From Trichoplax adhaerens (taxonomy: Eukaryota; Animalia; Placozoa): a stretch of DNA of 12,317 nt. The first letter of the stretch is position 1, and each line of letters starts with the position of its first letter. The notes below the pieces were generated by a model, which saw only the letters and a list, made by a program, of their open reading frames with translations, was not told the origin of the DNA and ran no database searches. This document shows, one piece after another, positions 7,725 through 12,317 of this stretch. The position numbers were made by a program, and so were the translations under genes. The stretch covers positions 23,012-35,328 of the forward strand of contig NW_002061015.1 in assembly GCF_000150275.1 (NCBI RefSeq), in the 5' to 3' direction.

Positions 7725-10549
7725 ATGGAAAATTGTGTTATTAACAACGAAATAGCTATGAAATCTACAAATTTCTTCTCGACAGGTAGAAACAATTTTA
7801 TACTTTATTGCTAGCCATACTGTAAGTATTTAAGTATATATTATACAACGATAAATTAACATTCATGAAATATTTTACAAAATAGTTATGGAATCTGCAG
7901 ATAACATCTCCCCAGGTAGAAACAATTTTATACTTTATTGCTATCTATACTGCAAGTATTTAAATATATATTATGCAACCAAAAATTAACATTAACGAAA
8001 TATTTTACGAAATAGTTATGGAATCGGCAGATATCGTCTCGACAGGTAGAAACAGTTTTATACTTTATTGCTATCTATACTGCAAGCAATTGAATATTAT
8101 ATATTGCACAACGATAAATTAACATTCATGAAATATTTTACGAAATAGTTATGGAATCTGCGGATAACGACTTGACAGGTAGAAACAATTTTAAACTTTA
8201 TTGCTATCTATACTGTAAGCATTTGAATATATATTATACGACGATATATTAACATTCATGAAATATTTTGCCAAATAGTTATGGAATCTGCGGATAACGT
8301 CTCGACAGGTAGAAACAATTTTATACTTTATTACTATCTATACTGCAAGCATTTGAATATATATTATACATCGATAAATGAACATTCATGATATATTTTG
8401 CCAAATAGTTATGGAATCTGCGGATAACGTCTCGACAGGTAGAAACAATTTTATACTTTATTACTATCTATGCTGCAAGCATTTGAAGATATATTATACA
8501 AAGATAAATTAACATTCATGAAATATTTTACGAAATAGCTATGGGGTCTACGGATAACGTCTCGACAGGTAGAAATAATTTTATACTTTATTACTATCTA
8601 TGCTGCAAGCATTTGAATATATTATACATCGATCAATTAACATTACTGAAACATTTGTATCGTCTATTGAAATGGAAAGATTTATAACATTAACTTTGAG
8701 CTTTTCTTACCCAATTAATTGTACAATATTAGATAGCAAGGCGGAGATATCTGTGCGATCTAAATTTAGTATTCGTAAAACAATCTATGGGATTTTTATC
8801 GTACTCGCAATAGCAATCAGCTTCAGCCTTTTGATTCAATTTGGAAAGATTACAGTCTCAGATGAGCATAATTTTACTTCCATAGCACTCTTTACTTGGT
8901 AAGTAATGTAATTTTAGTATTTATGTATCGTATTAATGTAAGTGGAGGTTATACCGTGCATGTACTCCAAGCTCAGTATACAAGCGAATTTATTCCTTAC
9001 TTTCGATATTTTATAACATAAAACGATAAGATAAAATATGCATCTTTGCTATCTTAATCTACTGATAGAATTAGAATGTAAATCAAAATACTTTTACTGA
9101 TTTATTAATGAAGTAAATATCACTACGTTAAATAAATATTATAACCTTTTCTACAGGATTGCAGCGTCAACTAATTCACTTGCCTTTCCACTACATGCCA
9201 TACTTTTAATGATTTTTAAGGGCGAAAACTTACGCCAGATATACAAGTATACATGATAGCGATCGATATGATAAAAATAGTAATCTATTTACTATACCTT
9301 GTATCTAAATTACATATTGAGTAATTTAGATACAAGGCATAGTACATACTTGATAGACTACCGCATGTATATCATATACTCATTATATTGATAAACTGAC
9401 ACTTATATTTAATCGGTAGAAAGAGAAATCACTAAGCTTAAATTATTTTTAATATAATTGTATTATCTAGAGAATCAATTAAAATTTATCCACGTAAAGA
9501 CTTAAAAAAAATTTTATGGCTTCGATTACTACCATTAGCCATACTTATGAATATAACTGTCGCGTTAAACTATTACCCTCTAAACTTTACGGCTCCAACC
9601 GATATTACGGCTATTTTTTCGTCAGTACTAAGCATGGTCTATATTTTATCGGTCCTATTTTTGAAAGAGCCATTTGTATTACTTAGGGTAAGTATTCTCG
9701 TAGTTCTAAGATTGTAAAAGTAATACATATTTTTAAAGATAGAAATATCATTTAAATTAAGGGCTTTTAATTAAGAGTAATAGTATTTTATTCGTGAGAT
9801 CAAACATGTTATACGGTATCAATTGATAGTAAAAATATCACTTCTAAAATATGATTACTTCTTAGGCGTTAGCAGTATGCCTATCTACGACAGGTGTAGT
9901 ACTGTTCGCTTTTGATGATGGTTTTGGCTCTTTCGCGACCTTGGGTGTTATTCTATCAGTATTCTTTACTCTTACCGCAGCTTGTTTTCGTGTAAGTTAT
10001 AGTAAAATTTATAATTACTTATTAACGAACTTTATATATATGTTACTGCTTATCTTTATTAAAGTGTTACAGTTTAAGTACTGAAAGGTATGTAATATTT
10101 ATTAGGTATACGAAAAGTATTCTATTGGCGATGCATCGCCAATTCAAGCATCGATGCTATTGACAATTATTAGCATTATTAATTTCTTGTTGGGATGGAT
10201 ACCTGTTGTTATATTTCATTATACGGGATTTGAAAAGCTTACATGGTCTGACATTCCTTGGGAACCTCTAATGATTACAGATTTTTGTAATATGTTAAAC
10301 GCCTGCTTTGTTGTTATTGGAGTCGCTGTTACCTATCCTGTATTTATTTCGCTAGGTTCTCTCTTTGGAATACCGATTAACGCAGTTATTGACGCGATCT
10401 TCCGTAACGAATCGTTTTCGGCATTAAAAATAGTGAGCACGCTATTACTTGCTGTAGGATTCTTAATTTTATTAATACCTTTGGAAACGGCTAAATCGAT
10501 ATCTAGAACGCCAATTAAGTTGATAACTTGTAGATATCGAAAAAAATAA
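7725..10549 (+). CDS. SLC35F3/SLC35F4-like EamA/DMT transporter, paralog 2 (6 core exons, 367 aa; up to 427 aa if six micro-exons are included)
   Basis: Core exons, all GT-AG: 7725-7785, 8733-8898, 9157-9246, 9471-9687, 9866-9991, 10106-10549. Total 1104 nt, open frame ending in TAA. Exons 3-6 have the same lengths (90, 217, 126, 444) as paralog 1, and all intron phases match. In-frame TAA codons lie upstream of the ATG. The protein aligns end to end with paralog 1. Confidence 0.9.
7748..8655 (+). repeat. Tandem array of ~7 copies of a 130-bp unit (3' end of exon 1 plus first ~90 nt of intron 1 of paralog 2)
   Basis: CAG|GTAGAA recurs with GT at 7786, 7916, 8046, 8179, 8309, 8439 and 8569 (spacings 130,130,133,130,130,130). 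Units align almost base for base. Paralog 1 has a single copy of the homologous sequence (~1956-2090). Confidence 0.97.
7886..8568 (+). CDS. Six putative 30-nt phase-1 micro-exons of paralog 2
   Basis: Exons at 7886-7915 (VMESADNISP), 8016-8045 (VMESADIVST), 8149-8178 (VMESADNDLT), 8279-8308 (VMESADNVST), 8409-8438 (VMESADNVST) and 8539-8568 (AMGSTDNVST). Each is flanked by AAATAG and GTAGAA, stop-free, and in frame with exon 1 and exon 2. Whether they are spliced cannot be seen from DNA alone. Confidence 0.6.
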
Positions 10550-10631
10550 GAGTTACGATTACTCTTATAAAATCCTGTTTATTGACAATCGCTTTATCGA
10601 GTAATGATAAAATTTATATCTTAGAGATAAA

Positions 10632-10637
10632 AATAAA
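10632..10637 (+). terminator. Putative polyadenylation signal of paralog 2
   Basis: AATAAA ~80 nt after the stop codon, in a context (AATTTATATC..AGAGATAAAAATAAAAATA) conserved with paralog 1. Confidence 0.5.
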
Positions 10638-11265
10638 AATAGTATACATTACAGCTGTAGACAGCCAGTTTGACAATATTCACAATAAAGATTATAGAGT
10701 GTGACAAAGTACTTATTATATCCATCTGATTTCGGTGGTATGATGTAGCTTTTGCAATATTTATGGCAGTATTAAAGATAGACTAGGTTTTATAAAATTT
10801 TGAAGGTTACAGAATAATCTTATCGCAGGTGTAATAACTGCTTCTGTAAAGCTTCTTTTAATTAATAAATACACAAATACACACTCTGTTGTTATTCTTT
10901 CTCTCCCTGTCTCGATAAGCATTTGTCTGGGCTTATGAATTTACAGTTTATTTTACTAGATAGACTTTATTGTTGCTTGTTTATTAGCGATAACATATAG
11001 GGATATAATACGGTACACGTATTCTATTGATTTATTAGTACTAGTAGATCCCGCACTCACAACATTCGCTTGGTGTACTTGTACTTTTTACTTAATAGTA
11101 TGTACTGAAAGTACATGTACACATATCACATACGGACAAAATTATTTTAATATAGTAGATTTATTAATCCTTTCACTAGTTGAAATTATTTCATAAATTT
11201 TATATCACGGGATTGCGATCGATTTCAAAGAGATTGAATCTCGTTTGCAAAACTGATTTGTAACA

Positions 11266-11515
11266 GTAGCACTGGAAGTATACCCTAGAGAGTCAATTAC
11301 ACTAATTCAGTAGTGTTGTACAATATAATCTAGTCTTCTATCTTAGATTACTAAATATTTCAGATTACGTAATCAGTACTTCTATTCACTTTTCTCGTAT
11401 TAAAACTCTGTTACTATTACTCCCTCGCGTTATTACTCTGATACAACCAATACGCATATATTGCATCCTGCGTTGGGCTTGACCTAGACTTACCCCTTGG
11501 ATTGTAAAATGTATG
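11266..11515. repeat. Duplicated non-coding block downstream of paralog 2 (copy B)
   Basis: Direct-repeat partner of 5812-6196, lacking about 130-140 bp (5912-6049) that is present in copy A. Confidence 0.85.
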
Positions 11516-12317
11516 ATTGCCATCAATATATATGAATATTCTTGTGACAAAGATACACCGGAGATATTTCTGGGTATTTCTGGGTCTTCTTCTATCTCGA
11601 CTACTTATCAAGATTAATCACCCGCAATAATTATAAACATTTTCCTTCCGTTTCACGGCAAAAACGCTATAGACCTTCTCCTTAATCATAAACAATAAAA
11701 TAACGAACTTTCATTCACTGTAAAAAGAAACTCATTTTTATACCTTTGTAGTGATTTTAGCTAATTACGGTAGTTTTGTGTACACTACAACCTTCTATTT
11801 ATATTCGTGAGCAGTCATAGAGTATACATATACATGGAATTTAATACTAATAAACGACATGGCTGTCGTATATTCTTAGACCTCATTTTTATTGCTTAAT
11901 ACTCTACTTTAAAATACGTTAGATCACGCATAGAACACGAGAAAGTCATGATTAGAACACGGTCTGACCTTTAAGGTCTCTTTACAAATAAGGTATTTAA
12001 CTAATTCACTTAACCTAACTGGAAAATGAACTAGTTTTACAGTCTATAACCTAACGACAAGTTACCAGTTGTACAACAATCAATGCCACGTATTTATACA
12101 TAATAATGATCTTTAACCCTGTCACGTTCTGTAATAGTTACATAATTAGTATGTTACCTTCTTTCTATATATGGTTAAATATCACGATGTTATCGCGTCA
12201 GGCGTATATAGATGTAGTTATGGTACTATATTAAGGTTATCTATATATGTATTCTCATGTTGCCATACTTGGCATGATAGTCTATTTGTAATGACTAAAC
12301 TAGGGAAACCTTTCTGT

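Noticed and set aside
7748-8655. CRISPR-like reading of the regularly spaced repeats
   Set aside because: The whole 130-bp unit is repeated with no unique spacers, it derives from the gene's own exon/intron junction, the context is a spliceosomal-intron gene, and there are no cas genes.
10085-10093. Strong donor-like AAG|GTATGT near the end of the last intron of paralog 2
   Set aside because: It is only 18 nt from the acceptor, too short for an intron, and the exon structure already matches paralog 1 exactly.

Overview
AT-rich, intron-containing eukaryotic genomic DNA. The short introns, low GC and abundant ACAGT/ACTGT motifs suggest a basal metazoan such as a placozoan, but that is inference only. 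The window holds two tandem, same-strand paralogous genes for 10-TM drug/metabolite (EamA/DMT) transporters of the SLC35F3/SLC35F4 type. Gene 1 has CDS 1929-4064 (6 exons, 365 aa). Gene 2 has CDS 7725-10549 (6 orthologous exons, 367 aa). The duplication unit also includes alignable upstream and downstream non-coding blocks. The most striking feature is in gene 2: the exon-1/intron-1 junction has been tandemly amplified as a 130-bp unit (7 donor copies). Each added unit carries an AG acceptor, a 30-nt stop-free symmetric phase-1 micro-exon (consensus VMESADNVST) and an intact CAG|GTAGAA donor. This looks like a newly born array of six micro-exons and six ~100-nt introns that could extend or combinatorially vary the transporter N-terminus (up to 427 aa). 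Most short ORFs in the supplied track are exon-plus-intron read-through or noise.
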